Of a stretch of 64,000 bases of DNA, positions 14,021 to 23,210 are shown one piece after another. The stretch spans positions 58,563 through 122,562 of the forward strand of contig CAVQLX010000018.1 of assembly GCA_963713495.1 (NCBI GenBank), written 5' to 3'. Source of the stretch: an uncultured delta proteobacterium (GTDB lineage: Bacteria; Desulfobacterota; Binatia; DP-6). Each line of letters opens with the position of its first letter. Positions within the stretch are counted from its first letter, which is position 1. The notes under the pieces are model-generated. The model saw only the letters and a list, made by a program, of their open reading frames with translations. It was not told where the DNA came from and ran no database searches. The translations under genes and the position numbers were made by a program.

Positions 14021-14827
14021 TCAGCAGCGCGCGCTGCCGCCACGCGATGCGGGTGTGGCACCGGGGGACGGGTCGGCCGGCCGATTGCTCACGTCGCGGA
14101 TGGCGATGACGACGCCGATCACCGTGCCGTCGGGATCGCGGATCAGGGTGCTCGTCTCCTCGACGGCGATCCGGGTCCCGTCGCGTGCGACCAGCATGCC
14201 CTGCGCCGTCCCGCCGCTCGTCGGCACGGCGCCGGTGCTGAGCGCGCGCGGCTCCGAGGGCAGCGAGACCCGGACCACGTCGGACAGCGTCCGGCCGGCG
14301 GCTTCCGGCGCGCTCCAGCCGGTGAGCTGCTCCGCGGCGGGGTTCATGAAGCGGATGTGCCACTGCGCGTCGGTGGCGATGATCGTGTCGCCGAGGCTGC
14401 GCAGCGTGGCCGCCAGCCAGCGCTCGCTCTCCTGCAGCCGGCGCTGCAGGTCGTGGCGCTGGAGCGCCATCTCGATCACGATGTGCAGCTCGCGCTCCTC
14501 GAACGGTTTGAGCAGGTAGCCGAACGGCTCCGTGATGCGGGCACGCTGGAGGGTGGCCGGGTCCGCGAAGGCGGTCAGGTAGATCACCGGCACGCCGAAG
14601 CGATCGCGGATCGCGCGCGCGGCCTCGACACCGTCCATCTCGCCACGCAGGTGGATGTCCATCAGGACCAGATCCGGCCGCAGCTCCTCCACGCGGGTGA
14701 TCGCCTCGCTTCCCGTCGCCGCCACGGCGGCAACGGTGTAGCCGAGGCGGCCGAGGGTGGCGCGGATGTCGAGCGCGATGACGCCTTCGTCCTCGACGAT
14801 CAGGATGCTCGGTCGCGTGTGGTTCAT
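14021..14827 (-). CDS. response regulator, REC + PAS, no DNA-binding output
   Basis: True start is ATG 14827 ([15 protein letters not shown]), in an ATGA overlap with the kinase stop. Phospho-acceptor context is DLVLMDIHL. The PAS-like C-half contains [23 protein letters not shown]. Confidence 0.85.
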   Translation of the reverse strand: MNHTRPSILIVEDEGVIALDIRATLGRLGYTVAAVAATGSEAITRVEELRPDLVLMDIHLRGEMDGVEAARAIRDRFGVPVIYLTAFADPATLQRARITEPFGYLLKPFEERELHIVIEMALQRHDLQRRLQESERWLAATLRSLGDTIIATDAQWHIRFMNPAAEQLTGWSAPEAAGRTLSDVVRVSLPSEPRALSTGAVPTSGGTAQGMLVARDGTRIAVEETSTLIRDPDGTVIGVVIAIRDVSNRPADPSPGATPASRGGSARC

Positions 14828-16065
14828 CGCGGGAAGCGAATGCGAAACTCGGTGCCGCCCTCCTGCACCAGTTCGAGCACGCCGTCCAGCTGATCGGTGA
14901 GGGCGCACACCAGCTGCATGCCGAGGGTCGCGGTCGTGCGGGGGTCGAAGCCGGCGGGCAGACCCACCCCGTCGTCCGCAACGGAGAGGAGATAGCGCTC
15001 GCCGTCCTCGGGCCGCAGATCCACCCGCACCTCGCCGCGCCGCTCCGGCGCGTACGCGTACTTGAGGCAGTTCGAGACCAGCTCGTTGATGATGAGTCCG
15101 AGCGGAACCGCGGCGTCGATGCCGAGGTGTACGTCCTCGACGGTGGTGCGGAGCGCGACTCCGCTCGTCTCGGGCTGGTAGGAGCGGAGCAGCAGGTCAC
15201 CGAGGCTGCGTACGTAGTCGGTGAAATCGAGGCGCGACAGATCGGCCGACTGGTAGAGCTTCTCGTGCACCAGGGCCATCGACCGGATGCGATTCCCGCT
15301 CTCCTTGAACATCTCGAGCGTCGCCGGGTCGCGCACGTGCGCCGACTGGAGGCGGAGGAGACTCGAGATGACCTGGAGATTGTTCTTGACCCGGTGGTGG
15401 ATCTCCTCGAGGAGCACTTCCTTCTCGCGCAGCGAGGCCTCGATCTGGTCGGTGCTCGCGCGCACCGCCTCCTCGGCGCGCTTCGACTCCGTGATGTCGT
15501 ACGCGATGCCCTGGATGAAGAGCGGATTCCCGAGCTCGTCGCGCACCACGCGTGCCTCGCCACGCACCCAGACGATTCCGCCGGCGCGCGTGAGCGCGCG
15601 GAACTCGGCGCGGAACGGGCCGCCCGTGCGGCACCCGCGTGCGAACTCGAGATGGCAGCAATCGCGATCGTCGGGATGGAGCTGGCGGAACCACAGGAAC
15701 GGGTTGCTCAGCCACTCCTCCTGCGAGAACCCGAGCAGCGCCTCGATCTGTGGACTCACGTAGAACTCGTGCAGGTCCTCGTCGAGCGCCGCCATGAAGG
15801 TGACCGCCGGGATCTGCTCGACGAGGGACCGGTAGCGCGCCTCCGCCTTCCAGCGCTGCTTCTCGGCAAGCGTCTCGGCGTCAGCCTCGCCCCGCGTGCG
15901 TGCGGGGGCTCCCTCGGGCCGCAGGATCATCGAGAAGGCCTGCGCCATCTCCGTGAGGATCGCCTCGGCATCCTCGACGCTCGCGATCGGGGGATCGCCG
16001 GGTGTCGTCTCGGGCGCCCGCTCGCGGAGGCCCAGCGCACGGGCAGACGGCCGTATGCCGATCAT
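14824..16065 (-). CDS. soluble PAS sensor histidine kinase (HisKA_2 type)
   Basis: ATG 16065 overlaps the large-subunit stop (ATGA). No TM helix. PAS segment is [15 protein letters not shown]...[15 protein letters not shown]-box is [17 protein letters not shown], and the ATPase segments are [12 protein letters not shown] and DDGVGLP. Confidence 0.85.
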   Translation of the reverse strand: MIGIRPSARALGLRERAPETTPGDPPIASVEDAEAILTEMAQAFSMILRPEGAPARTRGEADAETLAEKQRWKAEARYRSLVEQIPAVTFMAALDEDLHEFYVSPQIEALLGFSQEEWLSNPFLWFRQLHPDDRDCCHLEFARGCRTGGPFRAEFRALTRAGGIVWVRGEARVVRDELGNPLFIQGIAYDITESKRAEEAVRASTDQIEASLREKEVLLEEIHHRVKNNLQVISSLLRLQSAHVRDPATLEMFKESGNRIRSMALVHEKLYQSADLSRLDFTDYVRSLGDLLLRSYQPETSGVALRTTVEDVHLGIDAAVPLGLIINELVSNCLKYAYAPERRGEVRVDLRPEDGERYLLSVADDGVGLPAGFDPRTTATLGMQLVCALTDQLDGVLELVQEGGTEFRIRFPR

Positions 16066-17840
16066 CGCGGCGTTCCCGGGGACGCGCCGAAGATCGGCGA
16101 GTGCTCGGCCCGGATCACCCGTCCGCCGCCGGTGTACAGGTGGACCCCGCACGGGAGGCAGGGATCGAAGCTGCGCACGGTGCGCATGATGTCGATCCCC
16201 TTGAACCGCTCCGGTGGGTTCTCCTCGAAGAGGGGGGAGTTCTGCACCGCGTCCTCGTACGGGCCCGGCGTGCCGTGCACGTCGCGCGGGCTCGCGTTCC
16301 AGGGGGTGGGCGGGTAGGGGTGATAGTTGGCGATCTTGCCGTCGCGGATCACGAGATGGTGCGAGAGCATGCCGCGCACCGCCTCGTGGAAGCCGCAGCT
16401 GATGGCGTCGTCCGGCACCGTGAAGCTCGTGAAGGTCTCGGTGCGGCCCGCGTGGACGTCGGCGAGGGCGCGGTCGAGGAAGTGCAGGGCAGCCGCGGCG
16501 GCGTATGCCTGGAAGTAGCTGCGCGCCCGGTTGCGCTCCAGCGTGTTGCTCCAGGCGGGAATCTTCCACTCGAGCTCGGTCTCGGGCAGCGTCGCCGACC
16601 TGGGCAGGCGAATGACGACGCTGTGGCCGGTGGCCCGCAGCGTCCCGGTATCGACCAGGCCAGCGAGCGCCGTCACCCACAGGCGCGCGAGGGGACCGCC
16701 GCCCGTGTCGAGCGCCAGGAGGCGCCCCGTCTCGCGGTGCAGCCAGCGCGGCGACATCACCCAGGTGTAGCGCCCCGCGAAGTCACGCCGCTGCGGGCGC
16801 GGGATCGTGGTCTGGTTCCACGGATGGCGCTGATCGACGGGGTTGCCGAGCGGATCCGTGGTGACGAAGACCTCCTGGTCCTCCCAGTCGTCGTAGAACG
16901 AGCTCCCGAGCAGCACGCGGATACCGAGGTTGATGTCGATCAGGTCGGTGGTGAGCAGCTCGCCGTCGACCACCACGCCCGGGGTGACGAACATCGCCCG
17001 GCCCCACTCGCCCATGGTGCGGTAGTCGAAATCGCACGTGGTCGGGTCCTGGAACGAGCCGCCGCAGGCGAGCATCACCCGGCGCCGGCCGACCTCCTCG
17101 TAGCCGGGCAGCGCCTCGTAGAAGAAGTCGAAGAGGTCGTCGTGCAGCGGCACGACCCGCTTCACGAAGTCGACGTAGCGCATGAGCCGCGTCAGGTACT
17201 GCGTGAAGACCTGCACGTCGGCCGGGGTCCCGATGCCGCCCGGGTAGAGCGTCGAGGGATGGACGTGGCGGCCGCCGATCAGCGAGTACATCTCGCGGCT
17301 GACCCGGCTCATGTGGAGCGCCTCGCGGTAGAACTCGCCCTCGAGCGGGTTCAGCGCGCGCATGATGTCGGCGACGGTGCGGTAGCCGTGCACCGCGGCG
17401 TGCGGTGCGGCGGTGGTCTCCGCCCGGCGCAGCACCGACGGATTCGTCTCCCGCACCATGCGCTCGCAGAAGTCGACCCCGACCAGGTTCTCCTGGAAGA
17501 GGTTGTGGTCGAACATGTACTCGGCCGCCTCGGCCAGGTTGATCATCCAGTCGGCGAGCGGCGGCGGCTTCACGCGGAACGCCATGTTCTGCGCGTAGAC
17601 CGCGCACGTCGCGTGGTTGTCGCCGCAGATGCCGCAGATGCGGCTCGTGATGAAGTGCGCGTCGCGCGGGTCCTTGCCCTTCATGAAGACGCTGTAGCCA
17701 CGGAAGATGGACGACGTGCAGCGAGCATCGACGACCCGCCGCGCGGAGAAGTCGATGGTCGCATGGATGCCGAGGCTCCCGACGATGCGGGTGATCGGAT
17801 CCCAGGACATCTGGACGAGATGCGGCGCCGTCGTCGTCAT
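16062..17840 (-). CDS. [NiFe]-hydrogenase large subunit, group 1h/5-type, paralogue 1 (kinase-linked)
   Basis: ATG 17840 ([24 protein letters not shown]) overlaps the small-subunit stop (ATGA). L1 motif is [15 protein letters not shown] and L2 motif is [11 protein letters not shown], followed by the tail [25 protein letters not shown]. Confidence 0.9.
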   Translation of the reverse strand: MTTTAPHLVQMSWDPITRIVGSLGIHATIDFSARRVVDARCTSSIFRGYSVFMKGKDPRDAHFITSRICGICGDNHATCAVYAQNMAFRVKPPPLADWMINLAEAAEYMFDHNLFQENLVGVDFCERMVRETNPSVLRRAETTAAPHAAVHGYRTVADIMRALNPLEGEFYREALHMSRVSREMYSLIGGRHVHPSTLYPGGIGTPADVQVFTQYLTRLMRYVDFVKRVVPLHDDLFDFFYEALPGYEEVGRRRVMLACGGSFQDPTTCDFDYRTMGEWGRAMFVTPGVVVDGELLTTDLIDINLGIRVLLGSSFYDDWEDQEVFVTTDPLGNPVDQRHPWNQTTIPRPQRRDFAGRYTWVMSPRWLHRETGRLLALDTGGGPLARLWVTALAGLVDTGTLRATGHSVVIRLPRSATLPETELEWKIPAWSNTLERNRARSYFQAYAAAAALHFLDRALADVHAGRTETFTSFTVPDDAISCGFHEAVRGMLSHHLVIRDGKIANYHPYPPTPWNASPRDVHGTPGPYEDAVQNSPLFEENPPERFKGIDIMRTVRSFDPCLPCGVHLYTGGGRVIRAEHSPIFGASPGTPR

Positions 17841-18839
17841 GAGCGCTCGCGGCGCGTGCGCCACTCCGGCTCGCGATCGAGCGACTCGATCGTGAAGGCC
17901 CGCAGCGCCCGCACGGCGCGGCCGTACATGAGCACGGCCGACGACGACATCTTCGCGCCGGGCGGCTCGTCCATGAACGGCATGAACTTGTCCGGGAAGC
18001 CCGGCATCGTGCAGCCGATGCAGATGCCGCCGACGTTCGGGCAGCCGCCGACGCCGCCCATCCACCCGCGCTTCCCGACGTTGCAGCGCACGACCGGGCC
18101 CCAGCAGCCGAGCTTGACGATGCACTTCGGCGTGCCGTGGCCGGCGGCGAAGTCCGCCTGCTCGTAGTAGCCGCCGCGGTCGCAGCCCTCGTGCACGGTC
18201 TGGCTGAAGAGCCAGCGTGGGCGGAGGCAGTCGTCGAGCGGGATCATGGGCGCGCGACCCGCCGCCTGGCGGAGGAGGTAGAGGAGGGTCTCCATGAAGT
18301 TGTCGGGCTGGACGGGACAGCCCGGCACGCAGACGATGGGGATGCCCGCCTGCGAGCGCCACTCCCAGCCGAGGTAGTCGGGCAGTCCCATGCAGCCGGT
18401 CGGGTTGCCCTCCATCGCGTGAATGCCGCCGTAGGTGGCGCAGGTGCCGGCGGCCACCACGGCCCAGGCGTGCGGCGCGATGCGGTCGATCCAGGTGCAC
18501 GTCTTCACCGGCTGGCCGTAGGGTCCGTCGGAGCCCATGGCGGCCCAGTGACCCTCACCCGCCAGCGTCTCGTCCGGGAGCGATCCCTCGACGACGAGGA
18601 TGAAGGGCGCGCCCGTCCCCGTCGCGGCGAGACGGAATCGCGCCAGGAAGTCGTCTCCGGTCTCGTAGGAGAGGAAGCGGGTTGTGGAGCGTGATTCGCG
18701 GGATGCCCGGGAAGGCACCGGTGACGAGCTCCTCGAGGCTCGGCTGCGTCGCCGCGGTGATGGCCACGGTATCGCCGTCGCAGCCGAGGGCCGCGGTCAC
18801 CCACAGCACGTCGATCTCCTCCAACACCGACGAGTCCAT
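17837..18839 (-). CDS. [NiFe]-hydrogenase small subunit, paralogue 1, no Tat signal, apparent +1 frameshift
   Basis: The N-terminus MDSSVLEEIDVLWVTAALGCDGDTVAITAATQPS..PRITLHN is in the frame of ORF 18555-18893. The rest (FLSYETGDDF...GTCATYGGI...GCPNVGGICIGCTMPGFPDKF) is in ORF 17837-18718. Deleting one G of GGG at 18679-18681 gives HNRFLSYETGDDF, which aligns without gaps to HWLLIDYQCGDDF of paralogue 2. Confidence 0.8.
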
Positions 18840-18992
18840 CGCTGCCGGTTCGCTCCTTTGTCGGCCCGCGCTGCGCACGGGCAGCCGGGGCATCCTTTAG
18901 CCTCAATGCGGCGGCGTTGACACGGGGTCGTCGCCAGGCTGTACGCTCCCGGGGAGCGCGGCTATAGTCGCGGACTCGCGCGAGCGAGCCCA

Positions 18993-19946
18993 GTGATGAG
19001 ATCGCGCCGCTCCTGCCTCTCGGTCCCCGGGTCGTCGCCACGGATGCTCGGCAAGGCGCCGGTGCTGCCCGCCGACGAGGTCATCCTCGATCTCGAGGAC
19101 GCCGTCGCGCCGGCGGTCAAGGATGCGGCGCGGGGGCACGTCGTGCGTGCCATCCTCGAGGGTGACTGGGCGGGCAAGACGGTGGCGGTGCGGGTGAACG
19201 GCGTCGAGACCCGGTGGTGCTACCGCGACGTCATCGAGGTGGTCGAGGGCGCGGGACGGCGGCTCGACTGCCTGGTGCTCCCCAAGGCCGAGCGCGCCGC
19301 CGACGTGGTGTTCGTCGACCGCCTGCTCACCATGATCGAGGACACGCATGGCTTCCAGCGGCGGGTGAAGCTCGAGCTGCTCATCGAGACCGCCCTCGGG
19401 CTCGAGAACGTCCGCGAGGTCGCGCGCGCCTCGCCCAGGACCGAGGCGTTGATCCTCGGCCCGGCCGATCTCAGCGCGTCGCTCGGCTTCCCCGGACCGG
19501 TGGCCGCCTCCGGCGCGCCGGGCTACCCGGGCGATCCCTGGCACTGGGTCCGCGGGACGATCCTGGTCGCCGCCCGCGCTGCCGGCCTGCAAGCGATCGA
19601 CGGTCCGCACCTCGACGTGGGAGACGCGGACGGGCAACGGCAGGCGGCGCAGCGGGCACGGGCCCTCGGCTACGACGGCAAGTGGGCACTCCACCCCGCG
19701 CAGCTCGATGCGCTGAACGCGGTGTTCGCCCCGAGCCAGCAGGAGTTCGATCGCGCCGCCGCGGTCCTCGAGGCGTACGCACACGCCACCGGGTCCGAGG
19801 AACGCGGCGCCGTGCGATTCGGGAACGAGATGATCGACGAGGCGTCGCGCAAGCTCGCCGTGCAGTGCGTGGCGCGGGGCCGCGCGGCCGGTCTGCAGCC
19901 AGCGAAGACCTGGGCGGACTTCCAGCGGGAGTGGTCCGCCGGGTGA
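18993..19946 (+). CDS. HpcH/HpaI aldolase / citrate lyase beta (CitE, acyl-CoA lyase)-like protein
   Basis: SCLSVPGSSPRM, ILDLEDAV, LLIETALGL and DGKWALHPAQ are typical of the CitE/malyl-CoA lyase family. Start is GTG 18993 or ATG 18996. Confidence 0.8.
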   Translation: MMRSRRSCLSVPGSSPRMLGKAPVLPADEVILDLEDAVAPAVKDAARGHVVRAILEGDWAGKTVAVRVNGVETRWCYRDVIEVVEGAGRRLDCLVLPKAERAADVVFVDRLLTMIEDTHGFQRRVKLELLIETALGLENVREVARASPRTEALILGPADLSASLGFPGPVAASGAPGYPGDPWHWVRGTILVAARAAGLQAIDGPHLDVGDADGQRQAAQRARALGYDGKWALHPAQLDALNAVFAPSQQEFDRAAAVLEAYAHATGSEERGAVRFGNEMIDEASRKLAVQCVARGRAAGLQPAKTWADFQREWSAG

Positions 19947-20074
19947 GCGGGTAGGGGTCCGGGCGTGGGCGTCGCGCGCCATGGTCGAATGCAGCCGCGA
20001 CGCAATGCGCATGCCACGCCGGCGCCTGATCGGGAGCCCGCACGACGGCGGCGGTCCCCGGGAAGGGCCACGAT

Positions 20075-20088
20075 CTGTCGCGCGACAG
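20075..20088. promoter_or_regulatory. perfect 14-bp palindrome CTGTCGCGCGACAG, candidate activator binding site (UAS)
   Basis: Lies about 190 bp upstream of the sigma-54-type promoter. The GCGACA half-site recurs directly downstream (catGCGACAc). Confidence 0.25.
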
Positions 20089-20161
20089 CATGCGACACCC
20101 GACTACACGCGCCGACTCACGTTCGCACGCGATGGACGCGCGCCCACCGTGACCCGGAACC

Positions 20162-20188
20162 TGTCGCGTCCCGTCGCAGCGCGCGACT
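20162..20188. promoter_or_regulatory. inverted repeat TGTCGCG-N13-CGCGACt, second candidate UAS
   Basis: Same half-site as the palindrome at 20075, about 90-110 bp upstream of the GG/GC promoter elements. Confidence 0.2.
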
Positions 20189-20274
20189 CCCGCGGCGAGC
20201 CGGGCGCCGGCTCCCGCAGCGGCAATTCGCGACGCGGCCGACACTTGGCGAGACGTCAGCCTCGGTGTTCGTCC

Positions 20275-20290
20275 CGGCACGAGACGTGCT
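20275..20290 (+). promoter_or_regulatory. sigma-54-type promoter cGGCACGagacgTGCt upstream of the second hydrogenase operon
   Basis: GG at 20276-20277 and GC at 20288-20289 have the canonical spacing of TGGCACG-N4-TTGCW. It lies about 50 nt upstream of ATG 20338. A weaker tandem copy, ttGGCGagacgtcaGC, is at 20246-20260. Confidence 0.5.
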
Positions 20291-20337
20291 CCAGGAGCGC
20301 CGTCCTCGAAGCCCACGGCGAAGGGAGGGAACCAGAC

Positions 20338-21375
20338 ATGCCGCCCGATGAAGGACCGCTCGTCCATATCTTGTGGTTGAACTCCGGGCTGGGCTGCGAC
20401 GGCGACTCGGTCGCCCTGACCGCCGCCATGCAGCCGAGCATCGAGGAGATCGTCCTCGGCGCCCTGCCGGGATTGCCGCGGGTCGCCGTGCACTGGCTGC
20501 TGATCGACTACCAGTGCGGCGACGACTTCATGCAGTGGTTCTGGAAGGCGGACCGTGGCGAGATCGACCCGTTCGTCCTGGTGGTCGAGGGCTCGATCCC
20601 GAACGAGGACATCAAGAAGGAAGGCTACTGGGCCGCGATGGGCAACCGCGTCGAGGGCGGGGGACGAGACACCCAGCCCATGACGACCAGCGAATGGCTC
20701 GACCGCCTCTCCGCCAAGGCGTGGGCCGTGCTCGCGGTCGGGACGTGCGCCACCTACGGCGGCATCCACGCGATGGAGGGCAACCCGACGGGCGCCATGG
20801 GCGTCCCGGACTTCCTCGGCTGGAGCTGGAGATCCAAGGCCGGCAACCCGATCGTCTGCGTGCCGGGCTGTCCGATCCAGCCCGACAACCTGTCCGAGAC
20901 CATCCTCTACCTGCTCTATCAGGCGGCAGGCTCCGCCCCGACCATCCCGCTCGACGACCAGCTGCGACCGACCTGGCTCTTCGGCCAGACCGTGCACGAG
21001 GGCTGCGACCGCGCCGGCTACTACGAGCAGGGCGAGTTCGCGACCGAGTACGGCTCGCCGAAGTGCATCGTGAAGCTCGGCTGCTGGGGCCCGGTCGTCA
21101 AGTGCAACGTCGCCAAGCGCGGCTGGCTGAACGGCGTGGGCGGCTGCCCGAACGTGGGCGGGATCTGCATCGGCTGCACGATGCCGGGGTTCCCCGACAA
21201 GTTCATGCCGTTCATGGACGAGCCGCCCGGCGCCAAGGTGTCGACGCGCATGAGCGGGCTCCTCGGGACGGCGATCCGCACGCTGCGCGGGTTCACCGAG
21301 CACACGTTGGACGAGGAGCCCAGGTGGCGGCGCCGCGGCCGCGAGCTCACCACCGGCTACCAGCCGCAGTGGTGA
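20338..21375 (+). CDS. hhyS: [NiFe]-hydrogenase small subunit, group 1h/5-type, paralogue 2, no Tat signal
   Basis: RBS GAAGGGAGGGA precedes ATG 20338. The product reads MPPDEGPLVHILWLNSGLGCDGDS and carries Fe-S Cys motifs GTCATYGGI, CVPGCP and GCPNVGGICIGCTMPGFPDKF. Confidence 0.9.
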   Translation: MPPDEGPLVHILWLNSGLGCDGDSVALTAAMQPSIEEIVLGALPGLPRVAVHWLLIDYQCGDDFMQWFWKADRGEIDPFVLVVEGSIPNEDIKKEGYWAAMGNRVEGGGRDTQPMTTSEWLDRLSAKAWAVLAVGTCATYGGIHAMEGNPTGAMGVPDFLGWSWRSKAGNPIVCVPGCPIQPDNLSETILYLLYQAAGSAPTIPLDDQLRPTWLFGQTVHEGCDRAGYYEQGEFATEYGSPKCIVKLGCWGPVVKCNVAKRGWLNGVGGCPNVGGICIGCTMPGFPDKFMPFMDEPPGAKVSTRMSGLLGTAIRTLRGFTEHTLDEEPRWRRRGRELTTGYQPQW

Positions 21376-21396
21376 GTCACACAGGAGGATAGCGCA

Positions 21397-23193
21397 ATGG
21401 CGACGCCAGCGAAGACGGCCAGCGGCCTCGTGGAGATGAACTGGGATCCGATCACGCGCATCGTCGGGAGCCTCGGCATCTACACGAAGATCGACTTCTC
21501 GAAGAAGAAGGTCGCGGAGTGTCACAGCACCTCCTCGATCTTCCGCGGCTACAGCATCTTCATGAAGGGCAAGGACCCGCGCGACTCGCACTTCATCACG
21601 AGCCGCATCTGCGGCATCTGCGGCGACAATCACGCGACGTGCTCCTGCTACTGCCAGAACATGGCGTACGGCGTGAAGCCGCCGCACCTCGGCGAGTGGA
21701 TCGTCAATCTCGGCGAGGCGGCCGAGTACATGTTCGACCACAACATCTTCCAGGAGAACCTCGTCCTGGTCGATTTCTGCGAGCGCATGCTGAAGGAGAC
21801 CAATCCCGGCGTGCTCGAGAAGGCCAACAAGACCGAGGCGCCGAACGCCGCCGCGCACGGCTACAAGACGATCGGCGACATCATGCGCGCGGCCAATCCG
21901 CTGGAGGGCGAGTACTACCGCGAAGCGCTCCAGGTGAGCCGCTGGACGCGGGAGATGTTCTGTCTGATGGAGGGCCGCCACGTCCATCCATCCACCCTGT
22001 ACCCCGGCGGCGTCGGTACGGTGGCGACGCTCCAGCTCTTCACCGACTACCTGACGCGCCTCATGCGCTACGTCGAGTTCCTGAAGCGCGTCGTCCCGAT
22101 GCACGACGACCTCTTCGACTTCTTCTACCAGGCCCTGCCGGGCTACGAGCAGGTCGGCCAGCGCCGCGTGCTGCTCGGCTGCTGGGGCTCCTTCCAGGAC
22201 CCCGAGACGTGCAACTTCCGCTACCGCGACATGACCGACTGGGGACGGAAGATGTTCGTCACCCCGGGCGTCGTGGTCGACGGCAAGCTCGTCACCACCG
22301 ACCTGGTGCAGATCAACCTCGGCATCCGGATCCTGCTCGGGCACTCGTACTACGACGACTGGGAAGACCAGGAGATGTTCGTCACCAAGGACCCGCTGGG
22401 GAACCCGGTGGATCGCCGCCATCCGTGGAACCAGCACACCAATCCGCGGCCGCAGAAGCGCGACTTCGACGGCAAGTACAGCTGGGTGATGTCGCCGCGG
22501 TGGTACGACGGCAAGGATCATCTCGCCCTCGACACGGGCGGCGGCCCGATCGCGCGCCTGTGGGCCACCGCGCTGGCGGGGATCGTCGGCAGCGCGCAGC
22601 GCCCGACGAACGGCTACGTCCAGGCGACGGGCAACAGCGTCGTGCTCAACCTGCCGAAGAGCGCGACCAAGGGCCCGGTCACGTTCGAGTGGAAGATCCC
22701 GCAGTGGTCGAACGCGATCGAGCGGGACCGCGCGCGGACGTACTTCCAGGCCTACGCCTGCGCGTCGGCGCTCTACTTCATCGAGGAGGCGCTGAAGGAG
22801 GTCCGCGCCGGGAACACCAAGACCTGGGAGCCGTTCAAGGTGCCCGACGAGGGTGTCGGGTGCGGCTTCACCGAGGCGGTTCGCGGCGTGCTGTCGCACC
22901 ACATGGTGATCCGCGGCGGGAAGATCGCCAACTATCACCCGTATCCGCCCACCCCGTGGAACGGAAACCCGCGCGACGTGTACGGCACCGCGGGGCCGTA
23001 CGAGGACGCGGTGCAGAACACGCCGATCTTCGAGGAGAACCCGCCCGAAAAGTTCAAGGGCATCGACATCATGCGGGCCGTGCGCAGCTTCGACCCCTGC
23101 CTGCCGTGCGGGGTGCACATGTACCTCGGCAAGGGGAAGGTGCTCGAGCGGATGCACTCGCCGTCGATGCTGAACATGCCCGACGGGAAGTGA
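21397..23193 (+). CDS. hhyL: [NiFe]-hydrogenase large subunit, group 1h/5-type, paralogue 2
   Basis: RBS AGGAGG. 598 aa. L1 motif is [15 protein letters not shown] and L2 is [11 protein letters not shown], with C-terminal tail MYLGKGKVLERMHSPSMLNMPDGK. Confidence 0.95.
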   Translation: MATPAKTASGLVEMNWDPITRIVGSLGIYTKIDFSKKKVAECHSTSSIFRGYSIFMKGKDPRDSHFITSRICGICGDNHATCSCYCQNMAYGVKPPHLGEWIVNLGEAAEYMFDHNIFQENLVLVDFCERMLKETNPGVLEKANKTEAPNAAAHGYKTIGDIMRAANPLEGEYYREALQVSRWTREMFCLMEGRHVHPSTLYPGGVGTVATLQLFTDYLTRLMRYVEFLKRVVPMHDDLFDFFYQALPGYEQVGQRRVLLGCWGSFQDPETCNFRYRDMTDWGRKMFVTPGVVVDGKLVTTDLVQINLGIRILLGHSYYDDWEDQEMFVTKDPLGNPVDRRHPWNQHTNPRPQKRDFDGKYSWVMSPRWYDGKDHLALDTGGGPIARLWATALAGIVGSAQRPTNGYVQATGNSVVLNLPKSATKGPVTFEWKIPQWSNAIERDRARTYFQAYACASALYFIEEALKEVRAGNTKTWEPFKVPDEGVGCGFTEAVRGVLSHHMVIRGGKIANYHPYPPTPWNGNPRDVYGTAGPYEDAVQNTPIFEENPPEKFKGIDIMRAVRSFDPCLPCGVHMYLGKGKVLERMHSPSMLNMPDGK

Positions 23194-23210
23194 GGGTATC
23201 CGGGGACGCC

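Noticed and set aside
16062-18839. Whether the kinase-linked hydrogenase is simply a classical group 2b regulatory hydrogenase (HupUV/HoxBC)
   Set aside because: Its L1/L2 motifs are identical to those of the neighbouring 1h-type enzyme. The large subunit keeps a C-terminal extension, and the small subunit aligns collinearly with paralogue 2. I therefore treat it as 1h-derived, pending phylogeny.
18917-18968. TTGACA (18917-18922) and TATAGT (18963-18968) in the divergent spacer, as a sigma-70 promoter
   Set aside because: The hexamers are 40 nt apart, far from the 16-19 nt spacing, so they are probably coincidental.
18840-18992. Sigma-54 promoter for the kinase-linked hydrogenase operon
   Set aside because: Only spacing-level GG-N10-GC matches were found, and these are common by chance at this GC content. 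None has the flanking consensus.
19471-23157. 1228-aa ORF on the minus strand, the longest in the track
   Set aside because: It lies exactly antisense to hhyS/hhyL. Its product is Arg/Ala/Gly/Pro-rich low-complexity sequence with no motifs. This is the typical stop-free antisense frame of a very GC-rich coding region.
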